Assembly: GCA_965116875.1 (NCBI GenBank) | Contig: OZ220733.1 | Location: 1,184,001 to 1,248,000, forward strand | DNA from: Candidatus Latescibacterota bacterium | GTDB lineage: Bacteria; Latescibacterota; UBA2968; GCA-2709665 | Direction: 5' to 3' | DNA length: 64,000 nt | In this document: in pieces, positions 40,091 to 50,700 of the stretch | Layout: every line of letters starts with the position of its first letter | Numbering within the stretch: the stretch's first letter is position 1 | Made by a program: the position numbers and the translations under genes | Notes under the pieces: generated by a model | Databases searched by the model: none | What the model saw: only the letters and a program-made list of their open reading frames with translations | Told to the model about the DNA's origin: nothing

Positions 40091-41082
40091 GATTCACCGC
40101 GTCTGAGATTCTCCCCGCGGCAAGAACCAATGGCTTCAACGAGGAAGTGGTCGAAAAGGTCCTCCATCTGGTGCATCTCCTGACAACGCTGAATGCTCAT
40201 CCGTCGCTTAATGGGAAGTGGGTTCTGAAGGGCGGCACGGCTTTGAATCTGTTTGTGTTCCGCCTTCCCAGGCTGTCGGTAGACATCGACATAAACTACA
40301 TCGGAGCGTTGGGTCGCGAGGAGATGATAGCTGAGCGGCCGGGAATCGAGCAGGCGGCACAGGCGGTCTTTTCCCGGGAGGGCTTCGCCGTCCGAAGGAT
40401 CCCGGACGAACATGCCGGTGGGAAGTGGCGATTGAACTACGCAAGCCATACCGGGCAATCCAGAAATCTTGAAGTGGACCTGAATTTCATGTACCGGCAG
40501 CCGCTTTGGGAGCCTGTGATTGCCGACTCCCATCCTCTGGGCAACGTCCGGGCCAGAGGTATCCCCGTACTCGATACGCACGAACTCGCAGCCGGTAAAC
40601 TCGCGGCGTTATTGTCCCGACGACAGGCGAGAGATCTGTTCGACTCTCATCGAGTTCTTCAGGCCGAAGGTCTCCAACACAATCGGCTCCGCGTCGCTTT
40701 CGTCGTCTATGGAGGTATGAATCGAAAGGACTGGAGGACTGTCTCGGCCGAAGATGTGACCTGCGACGGGGTGGAATTTGCAAGGCAACTCGCCCCCACC
40801 CTTCGCTCACCGCGGCAACGAGAGCAAGCGAGGCTGGAAGAGCTCGCATCGCAGCTTGTAGATGAATGCAAGACGGCTATGGGCGCAGTGCTGCCATTTA
40901 CCGATTCCGAACGCGCGTTTCTGGATCTGTTGCTTGATGAAGGGCAAGTCGACGCGACAATCCTGACCTCCGAAACTTCCCTGCAGGAACGGATTCAGGT
41001 TCAGCCGATGCTGGAGTGGAAAGCCTTCAACGTACGCCGTCACAAGAACAGCCAGCGGAACCCCGGTGCCATCGGCTCCTGA
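40087..41082 (+). CDS. AbiEii/AbiGii nucleotidyltransferase toxin
   Basis: Motifs LKGGTALN, RLSVDID, KLAAL, RDLFD; GTGA overlap with the antitoxin. Confidence 0.9.
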   Translation: MRFTASEILPAARTNGFNEEVVEKVLHLVHLLTTLNAHPSLNGKWVLKGGTALNLFVFRLPRLSVDIDINYIGALGREEMIAERPGIEQAAQAVFSREGFAVRRIPDEHAGGKWRLNYASHTGQSRNLEVDLNFMYRQPLWEPVIADSHPLGNVRARGIPVLDTHELAAGKLAALLSRRQARDLFDSHRVLQAEGLQHNRLRVAFVVYGGMNRKDWRTVSAEDVTCDGVEFARQLAPTLRSPRQREQARLEELASQLVDECKTAMGAVLPFTDSERAFLDLLLDEGQVDATILTSETSLQERIQVQPMLEWKAFNVRRHKNSQRNPGAIGS

Positions 41083-41158
41083 AGCCAGGCAGTCAATGTC
41101 GACCATGCCGGTGACGGTGGCTACTTCGCAATTGAATTCGAGGATTCGGGGAGGTATC

Positions 41159-42160
41159 ATGGCATCGCCCATCCAATCACAACCATGGGAAAGACCCGAC
41201 ACGCCCATCTTCAGCAATTCGCCGCCGCCCCAGCCGTGGATGAAATGCAACATCTACTGCCCGCGTGTCATCTACGCCGAGGGCAAATATCGAATGTGGT
41301 TTTCCGGTTCGGCCGTGCGGCCCACGCTGTACAGAACGTGTATCGGATACGCCGAATCGGACGACGGCCTCGCCTGGACGCTCCACCCGGACAATCCGAT
41401 TCTGACGGCCGACGGACTTACGTGGGGTCAGAGCCTGAATACGCCCAGGGTTCTGTACGACGAGGACGAAGGGATTTACAGAATGTGGTTTCTAAGCACG
41501 ACCCACGTGGAATATCGGGACGACGGCATCCTCGCGAATGATATCGGGTCGGCCATGGGGTATGCCACAAGCCAGGACGGGATCCACTGGGATTTCTGGC
41601 CCGAACCCCTGATCCACGAATGCCGGGCGCCCTGTGTACACAGGGAAGACGGCCGCTATCGTATGTGGCTCAACGCCAGGCCCAACCCCGATGACTCGTG
41701 GGAAACGGCCTATGCGTACGTCTACGAATACGCGTCGGAGGATGGGATTGCATGGACGCGGCGTGAACACCCTGCGGTTCAGGCAACGGGCAACACGAAG
41801 TCGTGCGTCTATCCGGAAGTTCATAAGATCAATGGGACGTATTACATGTGGCATATCGGACATCTGAAGAAGAAGGACGGTCCGATGAATATGGTCTACC
41901 ACGAGATCTTCTGCGATACGTCGACAGATGGATTTAACTGGACGCTGAATCACGAGACCCCCGCGTTTGCCGCCTCCCGGGACCTGAACCGGTTCGACTG
42001 GAAGACGGTATCGACGCCGTGCGTGGTGGATATCGGCGACACGTTGCGGCTGTATTACGCGGGGTGCAATCTGAAGACGAACTTCAATCTGTTCGAGGGC
42101 GGCGACAACGGCGAGGGGATGCATATCGCCGTTGCGACGATGCCCAAAGACCGGCTGTAA
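41159..42160 (+). CDS. Five-bladed beta-propeller glycosidase-like protein
   Basis: Repeated P.V....G.YRMW and YAxSxDGxxW blades. Confidence 0.72.
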   Translation: MASPIQSQPWERPDTPIFSNSPPPQPWMKCNIYCPRVIYAEGKYRMWFSGSAVRPTLYRTCIGYAESDDGLAWTLHPDNPILTADGLTWGQSLNTPRVLYDEDEGIYRMWFLSTTHVEYRDDGILANDIGSAMGYATSQDGIHWDFWPEPLIHECRAPCVHREDGRYRMWLNARPNPDDSWETAYAYVYEYASEDGIAWTRREHPAVQATGNTKSCVYPEVHKINGTYYMWHIGHLKKKDGPMNMVYHEIFCDTSTDGFNWTLNHETPAFAASRDLNRFDWKTVSTPCVVDIGDTLRLYYAGCNLKTNFNLFEGGDNGEGMHIAVATMPKDRL

Positions 42161-42219
42161 TTCCAGCGTCTCTGGCATCCGCCCGGTTGAAAAATTGGGG
42201 TGGCGCAACAGGAGCCGGA

Positions 42220-43116
42220 ATGCAACGCGCGTACGATCTGACATTGGAAGTTCTGGATTCAGACGACATCTTTCACGTGCCCGACCGGAAAAGCCGGAAG
42301 AAGTGGGACGGCCCCTGGTGGCATATGGCCGCATTGTACGAGATGGGGGAATCCGGACGTATCCCGGAGTTGGCTGTCGCCAAGGCGCTGAAACTGCTCA
42401 GAGACGGCGCCTGGCCCAGGTTTGTTGTCGATCCGGCTGATGCACCGCAATCGGACTCCGATCGGGCGAAAATGGACTGCTGCCACTGTGAATTGGGCGT
42501 ATTTTACATGATACTTGCGTCGTGCGGCTGCGACGTGGATGCCGAACTGCCCTGGATTCGGGACTGGTTCACCGGACACCAGTTGCCCGACGGCGGCCTG
42601 AACTGCTCGCCGGCTGCCTATCGCGGGTCCGAAAAAAGCTCCATCGTATCCACGCTGCCTCCGCTGGAATCCGTTCTGTTCTTCACGAATCGAAAATACA
42701 CCGATGCCGAAAAGAGATTCCTGGACGAGGGCGCCCGCTATCTCATCGAACATCGACTGGTCTGCTCGAAGAAAGACGGCCGCGTTGTCAACCGCGAGTG
42801 GCTGAAGCCGCTGTTTCCCCGCTTTTTCGAATACGACATCCTGCGGGGGATGTACTTCCTGGCCGAATGGTCCCGAAGGACCGGGGGCGCACTTCCCGTA
42901 GACGTGATCGAAGATGGTCTTGACCGGCTCCGTTCCCACATCGGCCCGGACGGGGTTACGATCGGAAGACGGGTGAGCGATCGCAGCGGAGGGTGGCAAG
43001 GCGCAACGTTCCCGCTGATGGATTCGGTGGGAACCGTCGGTACGGTATCGCCGTACCTGACGCGTCAACTGAACGCCGTGCTCCGGGCCGTTCGCAAGAA
43101 GGGTATCCATAAGTAA
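42220..43116 (+). CDS. Hypothetical alpha/alpha-toroid (prenyltransferase/squalene-cyclase repeat-like) protein
   Basis: Motifs QLPDGGLNC, FPRFFEYDILRG. Confidence 0.55.
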   Translation: MQRAYDLTLEVLDSDDIFHVPDRKSRKKWDGPWWHMAALYEMGESGRIPELAVAKALKLLRDGAWPRFVVDPADAPQSDSDRAKMDCCHCELGVFYMILASCGCDVDAELPWIRDWFTGHQLPDGGLNCSPAAYRGSEKSSIVSTLPPLESVLFFTNRKYTDAEKRFLDEGARYLIEHRLVCSKKDGRVVNREWLKPLFPRFFEYDILRGMYFLAEWSRRTGGALPVDVIEDGLDRLRSHIGPDGVTIGRRVSDRSGGWQGATFPLMDSVGTVGTVSPYLTRQLNAVLRAVRKKGIHK

Positions 43117-43122
43117 TAATCC

Positions 43123-43223
43123 GGGCAACCACAAGGGTTGCCCCTACGAAAACATATTTGGCGCGCCTCACGGTGAGATATAACGGTTATTCGGTTGTTG
43201 TAGGGGCGACCGGCCGGTCGCCC
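43123..43223. repeat. Pair of GTAG-type REP elements in opposite orientation
   Basis: GGGCAACCACAAGGGTTGCCCCTAC (43123-43147, minus-strand GTAG) and GTAGGGGCGACCGGCCGGTCGCCC (43200-43223). Confidence 0.72.
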
Positions 43224-43271
43224 GGACCACAGATCCCAAAAGCCGAAACTGAGACTGGAAAGGTGCATTCC

Positions 43272-43628
43272 ATGTTAGCAACGCGGTACATCTACTTCAC
43301 GGATAACGTCGAACGGATGGTTTCATTCTACCGCGACGTGATGCGAATGACCGTTCTGATGCCGCCCGATGCAAAGGATCACGATCCCGAAAGCTGGGTC
43401 AGGTTGTCCAGCGGTGGCGTGGAGGTAGCCATCCATCGTGCCGGAAAACCCGGTTGCGCAGGGCGGAATCGCAACAAGCTCGTCTTTATCGCAGGTGACG
43501 TCGGCGCGGCGCGCGAAGAACTCAGGAAAGCGGGAGTTCACATGGGAAAGCACCACTTCTACGCCAATTCCGAATGCTGTGACTTCAGCGATCCTGACGG
43601 AAATAAGCTGCAGATATCGAGTCGGTGA
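43272..43628 (+). CDS. VOC/glyoxalase family protein
   Basis: Motifs FYRDV, FSDPDGN. Confidence 0.85.
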   Translation: MLATRYIYFTDNVERMVSFYRDVMRMTVLMPPDAKDHDPESWVRLSSGGVEVAIHRAGKPGCAGRNRNKLVFIAGDVGAAREELRKAGVHMGKHHFYANSECCDFSDPDGNKLQISSR

Positions 43629-43665
43629 TACCAGTCATCCGGATTACATCGACAGGGAGAATCCC

Positions 43666-44082
43666 ATGGAAGTTCGTGAAGTCGTTCCGTTTTTCGCGGT
43701 GAAGGACATGCGGAAATCACTGGCGTTCTACGTCGACGGACTCGGTTTCAAAATGGAGGGAAAGTGGGTGGACGAAGGCGCGGTCAGATGGTGCATATTG
43801 CGCATCGGCAAGGCGGCGGTAATGCTCCAGGAATTCAGGACCGAGGGCCACGATTCGCGGCAGTTCAGCGAGAACAAAGGCGAAGGCGTGTCGCTTTTCT
43901 TTTTCTGCGATGATGCCGTCGGGTATTATAAGGAGATCAAGTCTCGCGGCGTGGACGCCTCTGAACCGCAGGTCGGCAACAGAATGTGGGTTACGTCCGT
44001 TTCAGACCCCGACGGGTACCACCTGTCCTTCGAAAGCGCCACGGACGTGCCCGAGGAGACGAAATTATCTGAGTTGGGATGA
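43666..44082 (+). CDS. VOC/glyoxalase/bleomycin-resistance family protein
   Basis: Motifs SLAFYVDGLGF, DPDGY; RBS GGGAG. Confidence 0.85.
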   Translation: MEVREVVPFFAVKDMRKSLAFYVDGLGFKMEGKWVDEGAVRWCILRIGKAAVMLQEFRTEGHDSRQFSENKGEGVSLFFFCDDAVGYYKEIKSRGVDASEPQVGNRMWVTSVSDPDGYHLSFESATDVPEETKLSELG

Positions 44083-44163
44083 CGGCGAGGGGCTTCCGAT
44101 GGAATACAGGATCCGAAGTCGTTGCGGATAGAAGGAGAACCGTATGAAAAGCGCGAGTGCCGG

Positions 44164-45402
44164 ATGACCGACGCGGAACTCGAAGCGAAGGCGAACCGGA
44201 TCCAGGACGTCGTGGAGGACCACCTGGTTCAGGACCACGGCATGCTGCCCATGCTGGTGCGCGCATGCGATTACCGGTTGCCGTCAGCCGACGACTACCG
44301 CGGGGCGTACCGCCACAGGCACCTTCAGGGAAAGACGGAGGCCGAGATCGGGATGCCGCCGATGCACGTCTGGCGGGCCTGGGAGAATACCCCCACGGAC
44401 ACGGCCTGGTATCTCGGCGCCATGAGTTACCGGTACCGGTGTGACGGCGACCCCGGGGTCCTGGCAATCTGCCGGAGGACGTTCGGGGCCCTCAGGTATA
44501 TCCATGGTCTCGGGGTGGAGAAGAGCGAGCGGGGATACATGTGCAAGCCCTATGGCGGCGTGTACAGCAACCAGTCGTCCGGCGACCAGGTACAGTGCGT
44601 CCTGGTCGGGCTGGCCGCGTACCGGCCGATTGCGCCGCCCGACGATCTCGCCGCCATCGACGAAATCCTCGTCGACATGGCCGAGTTCGACATCAAGTGG
44701 AATTATGTCTCGCCGCACGGATACTTTGGATACACGCATGAGTCGCTTGTGGAATCCATTCTGGGCGAGAACTGGATCAATGCCACGTGGTCCTATGCCA
44801 TCATCCACACGCCGCTGCTCTACCTGGCCTGGCGGGCCACCGGAGATCCGAAATATCTCGAAGAGATCAACAAATGGTACGATGCCTGTGACAGGAGCGT
44901 CCGGTTCGAGCGCCCCGCGGGAAGGCTGACCGGCGGAATCGGCTGGCGCGCGCTGTACCTGCCGGCACTGCTGATGGGGTTCGACCCGGGAAACCACGAA
45001 CTGTGGCGAAGCCTGATGCTGCAGAACTACGATATGGTTCGATCCGGCATATTGCCCAACGGGACGCAGGCTTACCGGTGGACCTACGACGTGGAAAGCG
45101 GCGAACGGGAAATCCTCCCGGCCGCATTGTGGGGAGCGGGCCCGGCCACAACCGGCAGGTCGGGCATCTTTGCCAGGGCCTGCGTTGCGGCGCAACCCTG
45201 GTTCCCGGATGAGGCGATGGCGTCCACCGCAAGGCATATTCTGGAAAACCTTGAGATGGTGACCTTTCGGTTTATCATGCCATTGGAAGATGGCCAGGCT
45301 GTACCGCCGGAGTGGGTGGTGGAGACCCGGCTGCTGGATATGGACAGCCTGACCGGATGGCTGTGGGGATACTGGGAGGGCCGGTGGCGCGGTTACTGGT
45401 AA
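44164..45402 (+). CDS. Hypothetical protein, possibly an (alpha/alpha)6-barrel glycosidase-like fold
   Basis: About 410-aa ORF with genome-like codon bias, Trp/Tyr-rich, SxDQ motif; the start is affected by a possible 1-nt frameshift. Confidence 0.5.
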   Translation: MTDAELEAKANRIQDVVEDHLVQDHGMLPMLVRACDYRLPSADDYRGAYRHRHLQGKTEAEIGMPPMHVWRAWENTPTDTAWYLGAMSYRYRCDGDPGVLAICRRTFGALRYIHGLGVEKSERGYMCKPYGGVYSNQSSGDQVQCVLVGLAAYRPIAPPDDLAAIDEILVDMAEFDIKWNYVSPHGYFGYTHESLVESILGENWINATWSYAIIHTPLLYLAWRATGDPKYLEEINKWYDACDRSVRFERPAGRLTGGIGWRALYLPALLMGFDPGNHELWRSLMLQNYDMVRSGILPNGTQAYRWTYDVESGEREILPAALWGAGPATTGRSGIFARACVAAQPWFPDEAMASTARHILENLEMVTFRFIMPLEDGQAVPPEWVVETRLLDMDSLTGWLWGYWEGRWRGYW

Positions 45403-45520
45403 GCGAAATGGAGATCGGGCCATTTCGCCGTCTCGAACACGGCCAATCCGTAAAATGAGTTTGGTCACCGGACAGCCTGCAGGAGCAAGTTAGATACCGA
45501 TACCTAAACGGGAGGATCCA

Positions 45521-47623
45521 ATGAAAAAGCGGAAAATACAGCGGATCGCGTTCCTGCAGGACTATGCGAACCGGCCGGAGTCGCTTGTGGACGAGATTCC
45601 CGAGGTGGCCGGTCTGGGATACCACGAGGTTACCGTGTCGGCCGTTATCGGCCACGAAGCAGCCGTAGAGGAGGTGGCCGGGAAAGCGGCGGAATACGGC
45701 CTCGAGGTCTCCACGTTTACCGGATTCATGAAATACGCTTACCAGCACCTGGCCGAGCACCCTGAACAAAAGGCCGTGTTCAGCAAGGATGCGGACCACG
45801 AGGAACTGGGCAACCTGCCGGCTGTCTGGGGCTGTCCGTATAACAGGGTGTTTCAGAAAAGGTACATGGATTTTCTGGAAAGGCTGGGCGGGATTCCGAA
45901 CCTCACGGAAGTCTGGGTGAACGACGAAGCGTATTTCGGACGGGACATGGATCTGCTGGCCTGTTACTGCCGGACCTGCCAGGCAGACTGGGACGCGGAA
46001 TTCGGCGGAGGGATTCCCATGCCGCCGTTCACGGACCTGGACGAAAAAACGCGCCTGGTCACCTGGCGTTTCAGGCGTTGGAATGACGTGCACGGAAAAA
46101 TGAAGACAGTCCTGAACCGGCATCACCGGGTCCGCGCGGTGTTTCAGAGCGGCCCGCATCCCTTCTGGGACATCAATCCCTGGGTATGCGGTATGGACAT
46201 CGACGGCATGGTCGAAGCCATTGACGGCCTCGCCGTGGATGCTTACTACACCTGCGTGTTGCCGGCCGTGGGCAGCGGGCTGTTTACGCCTCCCGAGATC
46301 TTCCTGAGCGAGTGCTGCCGTTTCCTTCAGGGCTTTACGCTGGGTGAAGAAAAGGTGAGCGTGATGCTGGGGCAGGGCATGTCGCACCCGGAATTCCACC
46401 GGCCGCTGGACGAACGGGACGGATGGTGGCAGGCCGTGGTCCCGCCGGCCCTCGGCGTGGATCGCGTAACGGCCTACACGTACCGGCTCCAGCGGGTGTC
46501 GCCGATGCACCGGACCTTCCAGGAGGCGTTTCGTCTGGACCCGTATTACGAACGCACCGAGCCCGTGGTGTCCGTAGCCGTGGTGGACAGCCTGGAAACG
46601 CAGTGCTGCGACGAGTCGCTGCCCGCGCGGGGCCGTGAGAACTGGCGCATGAATCGAATGTTCTCCGTGGGACAGATGGCCGCGCACAACGGTCTTTCCC
46701 ACGGATATCTGCCTTCGTCGAAGCTGGTTCCCGAGTACCTCGGTCGATATCCGGTTGTGGTGCTGCCCAATGCCTCTTGCCTTTCCTCCCGCCAGAGAGA
46801 TGAACTCCTGACATACGTACACTGCGGCGGCACCCTGGTGGCGATGGGAGAGACGGCTACGAGAGACGAAGCGGGACGCCCGTCAGACGGATTGTTTCTC
46901 AGCGAGGCATTCGGGATTTCGTCGTGTACGCCCGAAGGGGGTTCCCGCATCTTCCAACCTGCCAGCGACCACGACGCGTTCGAGGGGCTCCCGTGGCCGG
47001 ATGAAAGAACCGCGTGGGACCCCTGGAAGGGCAGGAACCGCCCGGTTCTCGGTCTGGATCTCGCGGTAGAGGTGGAAACGGAGGGCGACGCGGACGTGCT
47101 GGCGGTGTTCGAGGAAGAGGGATCCGCGACGTCTCACCCGGCTTTGACGTTGAAACGCGTGGGCAAGGGCAATGGCGTCTTCGTGGCGGGCATTCCGTCC
47201 CGGTGGATGGATCTCAGGCCAACGGGCACCACTGTCCTCAGCTTTTCCCGCCAGGTGGTGGCGCAGTTGATCCTGTCGCTCGTGGGAGACCGGCTGCCTG
47301 TGGTCGTAAAGGGCTTCCCGCCGAGGGTGCCGCTGCAGGAAGTCAGACCGCTGGACATCCGCTGGAAGCCGACCATGGAGATCATGCCCTCCGTGGGCGA
47401 GGACCTGATCCTGGTGACGGTGCCGTCGTACTTCAGGGAACCCGGCGCATTCCGGATCGAAGCCAGGCTGCCCGAGGGCAGGCGTTGCGCCGGGGTTCGC
47501 GAACTGGTGTCGGATCAGCCGCTGGTAGACGTCAGACAGGACGGACGGGCGGTGGAAATCGACGTCAAGCTGACCACCGAGGACTTCCTGAAGGTGTACG
47601 CCTTCTCCCTCGCGCCGGTGTGA
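45521..47623 (+). CDS. GH42-like TIM barrel plus trimerisation (GATase-like) domain (paralog 2)
   Basis: Motifs GCPY, VNDEA, CYCRTC, VVVLPN..CLS, YV..GGTLV. Confidence 0.62.
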   Translation: MKKRKIQRIAFLQDYANRPESLVDEIPEVAGLGYHEVTVSAVIGHEAAVEEVAGKAAEYGLEVSTFTGFMKYAYQHLAEHPEQKAVFSKDADHEELGNLPAVWGCPYNRVFQKRYMDFLERLGGIPNLTEVWVNDEAYFGRDMDLLACYCRTCQADWDAEFGGGIPMPPFTDLDEKTRLVTWRFRRWNDVHGKMKTVLNRHHRVRAVFQSGPHPFWDINPWVCGMDIDGMVEAIDGLAVDAYYTCVLPAVGSGLFTPPEIFLSECCRFLQGFTLGEEKVSVMLGQGMSHPEFHRPLDERDGWWQAVVPPALGVDRVTAYTYRLQRVSPMHRTFQEAFRLDPYYERTEPVVSVAVVDSLETQCCDESLPARGRENWRMNRMFSVGQMAAHNGLSHGYLPSSKLVPEYLGRYPVVVLPNASCLSSRQRDELLTYVHCGGTLVAMGETATRDEAGRPSDGLFLSEAFGISSCTPEGGSRIFQPASDHDAFEGLPWPDERTAWDPWKGRNRPVLGLDLAVEVETEGDADVLAVFEEEGSATSHPALTLKRVGKGNGVFVAGIPSRWMDLRPTGTTVLSFSRQVVAQLILSLVGDRLPVVVKGFPPRVPLQEVRPLDIRWKPTMEIMPSVGEDLILVTVPSYFREPGAFRIEARLPEGRRCAGVRELVSDQPLVDVRQDGRAVEIDVKLTTEDFLKVYAFSLAPV

Positions 47624-47674
47624 TCGGAAGACCGCGGCGTCGGTTATGGCCTGTGCGGGGGTTCCAGACGGAAA

Positions 47675-48109
47675 TCAGGCACGATTGATCCGCGACCTGA
47701 TACAGGCATCCACACCGTACTTTCCCGAACCCACCAGCAGGAACATCACCGAGATGGACAGGTAAAGCAGCGCCATCTCCTTTACGCCGAACGGATCGGC
47801 CGCGTGAACGCCGAACGCGGCCACCAGCATCGTGAAACCCATCAAAGCCGTGCCGGGCCGCGTCAACAGTCCCAGCGCCAGCATCAACCCGCCCCCGAAC
47901 TCCCCGAACGCGGCCGCCCAGGCGAAAAACTCGGGCAGGGGAAATCCAAGCTTGGCCGTGCCGGCCACCAATCCGCTGGACGGCGGGATCTTCCCGATGC
48001 CGTGTCCGAATGCCATGCTCAACCCGGCAATCACCCGCAGAATCGCCAATCCCAGATTTGCCTTGTCGGAATCGATCTCCGCACCACCGAACAGAAGTTC
48101 CCTGTACAT
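47675..48109 (-). CDS. DoxX family membrane protein
   Basis: Motifs LRV..G, HG..K, LGFPLP, EFGGG, LGLLTR, GSGKY. Confidence 0.9.
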   Translation of the reverse strand: MYRELLFGGAEIDSDKANLGLAILRVIAGLSMAFGHGIGKIPPSSGLVAGTAKLGFPLPEFFAWAAAFGEFGGGLMLALGLLTRPGTALMGFTMLVAAFGVHAADPFGVKEMALLYLSISVMFLLVGSGKYGVDACIRSRINRA

Positions 48110-48237
48110 GCGTAGTCTCCCAGTTGTCGAATGGATCAATGCGTGAGCTTGCTAATTCCTTACGTTGATCTGAAGATCCGGGCCACAGCGACAATTACAT
48201 CTCAAATGCCGGGCCCTACGGATTTCAAAGTCACTAC

Positions 48238-48984
48238 CTACTCGACGAGTGGGTCGAAATCTTCGCCCGTCATGGGTTCGTGCTTATTCCAACGTCCACT
48301 CATCTCGACCAGAACCCGCTGCTTCGACGGCGCAGGAAGCGGATTCACGCGAACCACCTTTGCGCAATAATTCCCCGGCGACTCTGCCATCGCCTTAACC
48401 AGATCCTCCACGAGATAACGAGGGGCCCACCCGATCATGTGGTAATCCTCAGTCTGGATCTGGACTGCGAAACCGGTTTCCGGATTCGTCAACTCAAGCG
48501 TAATGTAAAGCTGGTCGCCGTCTTCAAGGCGCTCGATCCGTTTCCGTGCGGCTTCATTGACATGCCGCCAGCCGTGCAGAAAGAACCTGCAGACAAAACT
48601 CCCGTCTTCGTCCTTTTCGAGTTTAGGAAAGACTTCGTAGGCATCTGTCACGCGGGAGCCACCGCTTGCCGACAGAATCTCAATAGGATCGGCACCCTCA
48701 CCCAGGTCGAGATAACTGAGATAATCGGCCAGATCCGGTCGCGCGCGGTTAATAACCCGATTTTGAAAGAGTGGAAAGAGTCGCGGCGAATCGTACCTTT
48801 GGTCCAGGTTTGGAAACTCGAGTAGCTCCGGAAACCCTGCCTCTGCCTGTGCCCGTTTCGCCCCTCTGATGTAACGGAAACGATACAACGGCCGATTGAC
48901 GTCAGCATCCAGTCGGCCCACCGGGAACCACTGTCCGCTCCTTCCTTTGTCGCGCCACGCCAGGTATAAAGTTCTACTGTCCAT
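48238..48984 (-). CDS. HipA-N-like / HIRAN domain protein
   Basis: LYLAW...PVGRL...YRFRY...FPLFQNR; C-terminal E..N....AV.....IGW.PR.L HIRAN pattern. Confidence 0.7.
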   Translation of the reverse strand: MDSRTLYLAWRDKGRSGQWFPVGRLDADVNRPLYRFRYIRGAKRAQAEAGFPELLEFPNLDQRYDSPRLFPLFQNRVINRARPDLADYLSYLDLGEGADPIEILSASGGSRVTDAYEVFPKLEKDEDGSFVCRFFLHGWRHVNEAARKRIERLEDGDQLYITLELTNPETGFAVQIQTEDYHMIGWAPRYLVEDLVKAMAESPGNYCAKVVRVNPLPAPSKQRVLVEMSGRWNKHEPMTGEDFDPLVE

Positions 48985-49458
48985 CGTCTTAATACTGACC
49001 TGAAAGAGACGCAATGTTGTTCGGCATCAGCGAATCGTCGAATTCTGTGGCTGGATGTAACAATCAATCCTCGGAAATCAGGCCATTGGTCAGGTGTATG
49101 TCTCATGTGTTCAAGTGCGCAGGTGCAGAATCTGTACTCCGCCTCGTTGTCAATCGTGTTGCCCTTTGGTCGCTATAAGGTTACCTTACGCATACTAAAA
49201 TCCCACAGACGCAACCCGGTACCAACGGGTTCAATGACGCCCTGGCCCCTACTCCCTCCCGCAATAGCAGAACCCTCGACCGCGAACGATTCGCCGCACT
49301 GCCAGGCAACCCGTGGAGATTCCGCTCCACTTTACGTCACCGTCGTTCCAAGTATAGTACAATTCGGTCCGAAATGCAAGATCGGCCAAATCCCTTGGGT
49401 TTGCAGGCCGCCTTCAGCATCTAACAAGCTATCGTCGGCATCTTGAGGAGATGAACAT

Positions 49459-50619
49459 ATGAAGATAACCGATGTGAAAGTCCTGCCGATCGACCGGTAT
49501 CTCTTTGTGGAGGTCCATACGGACGAGGGGATTGTGGGGCTGGGCGAATCGGGCGCATGGGGATACCTGGAGGCCTCCGGCGAGGTGGTGAAGAGCTTCC
49601 GGGAATATCTGATCGGGAAGGACCCCCTGCGCATCGAACACCACTGGCAGGTCCTGTACCGGTGTACACACTTTCGCGGCGCTGCGATCATGGGCGCCCT
49701 GAGCGCTGTGGACATCGCCCTCTGGGATATCGCGGGCAAGTTCTTCGGGGTGCCGGTCTACCAGCTTCTGGGCGGCAAGTGCCGGGACAAGGCCCGGGTT
49801 TACGGCCACGTGATCGGGAGAACCAAGGAGGAGCTTCTGAAGGGCTGCGTGCAGGCAAGGGCGGAGGGATTTACCGCCGTGGGGCACCTGACACCCTTTC
49901 TGGACGAATCCCGAAACGTACCCTACTACAAGACACACACGGACAAGATCCAGGATGCGGTTCAGACCGTGGCGGCGTACCGTGAGGCGGTTGGCGACGA
50001 CGTGGACCTGTGCATTGAGATCCACCGGCGGCTGGACCCGGCCGAGGCGATCGTGCTGGGACGGGCGATCGAACCCTATCGCCCGTTCTTCTACGAGGAC
50101 CCGATCCGCCCGGACAACCTGGACGCCATGGCCGAAGTCGCGCGGAAGATCGCGATCCCCATCGCCACGGGGGAACGAATCCACACCATCTACGAGTTCG
50201 AAATGCTCCTGACGCGCAACGCGGTCCAGTATGTAAGGCCGGACGTCTGCATGGCCGGCGGCATCACCCATTGCAAGAAGATCGCGGCCCTCGCCGAAGC
50301 GCATTACGTGGACGTGGTCCCGCACAACCCGCTCAGTCCGGTGAGCACGGCCGCGTGCGTTCAGCTTGCCGCCTGCATTCCCAATTTCGCGTTGCAGGAG
50401 TACCCGAGGGGCGAAGGCGAACCGCCGAAGAGCGAGATTGTGTCCGGCGTTCTCACGCTGGAGGATGGATTCCTGATCATTCCGGATACCCCCGGTATCG
50501 GCGTGGAGCTCGCGGAAGGCGTCTCGGAGAAATACCCGTTTCTTTCACACCGGCCGTTGCTGGACGAGGGCATGATGGTCACCAGATTGCACGTCGACGG
50601 GTCGGTCGTCGACCAGTAG
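49459..50619 (+). CDS. dgoD: Galactonate dehydratase-like (mandelate racemase/MLE family)
   Basis: Motifs TDEGIVGLGE, ALWDIAGK, EIH, YEDP, ATGER, PHNP; substrate not certain. Confidence 0.75.
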   Translation: MKITDVKVLPIDRYLFVEVHTDEGIVGLGESGAWGYLEASGEVVKSFREYLIGKDPLRIEHHWQVLYRCTHFRGAAIMGALSAVDIALWDIAGKFFGVPVYQLLGGKCRDKARVYGHVIGRTKEELLKGCVQARAEGFTAVGHLTPFLDESRNVPYYKTHTDKIQDAVQTVAAYREAVGDDVDLCIEIHRRLDPAEAIVLGRAIEPYRPFFYEDPIRPDNLDAMAEVARKIAIPIATGERIHTIYEFEMLLTRNAVQYVRPDVCMAGGITHCKKIAALAEAHYVDVVPHNPLSPVSTAACVQLAACIPNFALQEYPRGEGEPPKSEIVSGVLTLEDGFLIIPDTPGIGVELAEGVSEKYPFLSHRPLLDEGMMVTRLHVDGSVVDQ

Positions 50620-50700
50620 GGAAACACCCAAACGAGCGATCGCAGAACCGGTAACATCCCATCCCCACCGCCTGATACCCGAATCAGAGGAGGACTCGCC

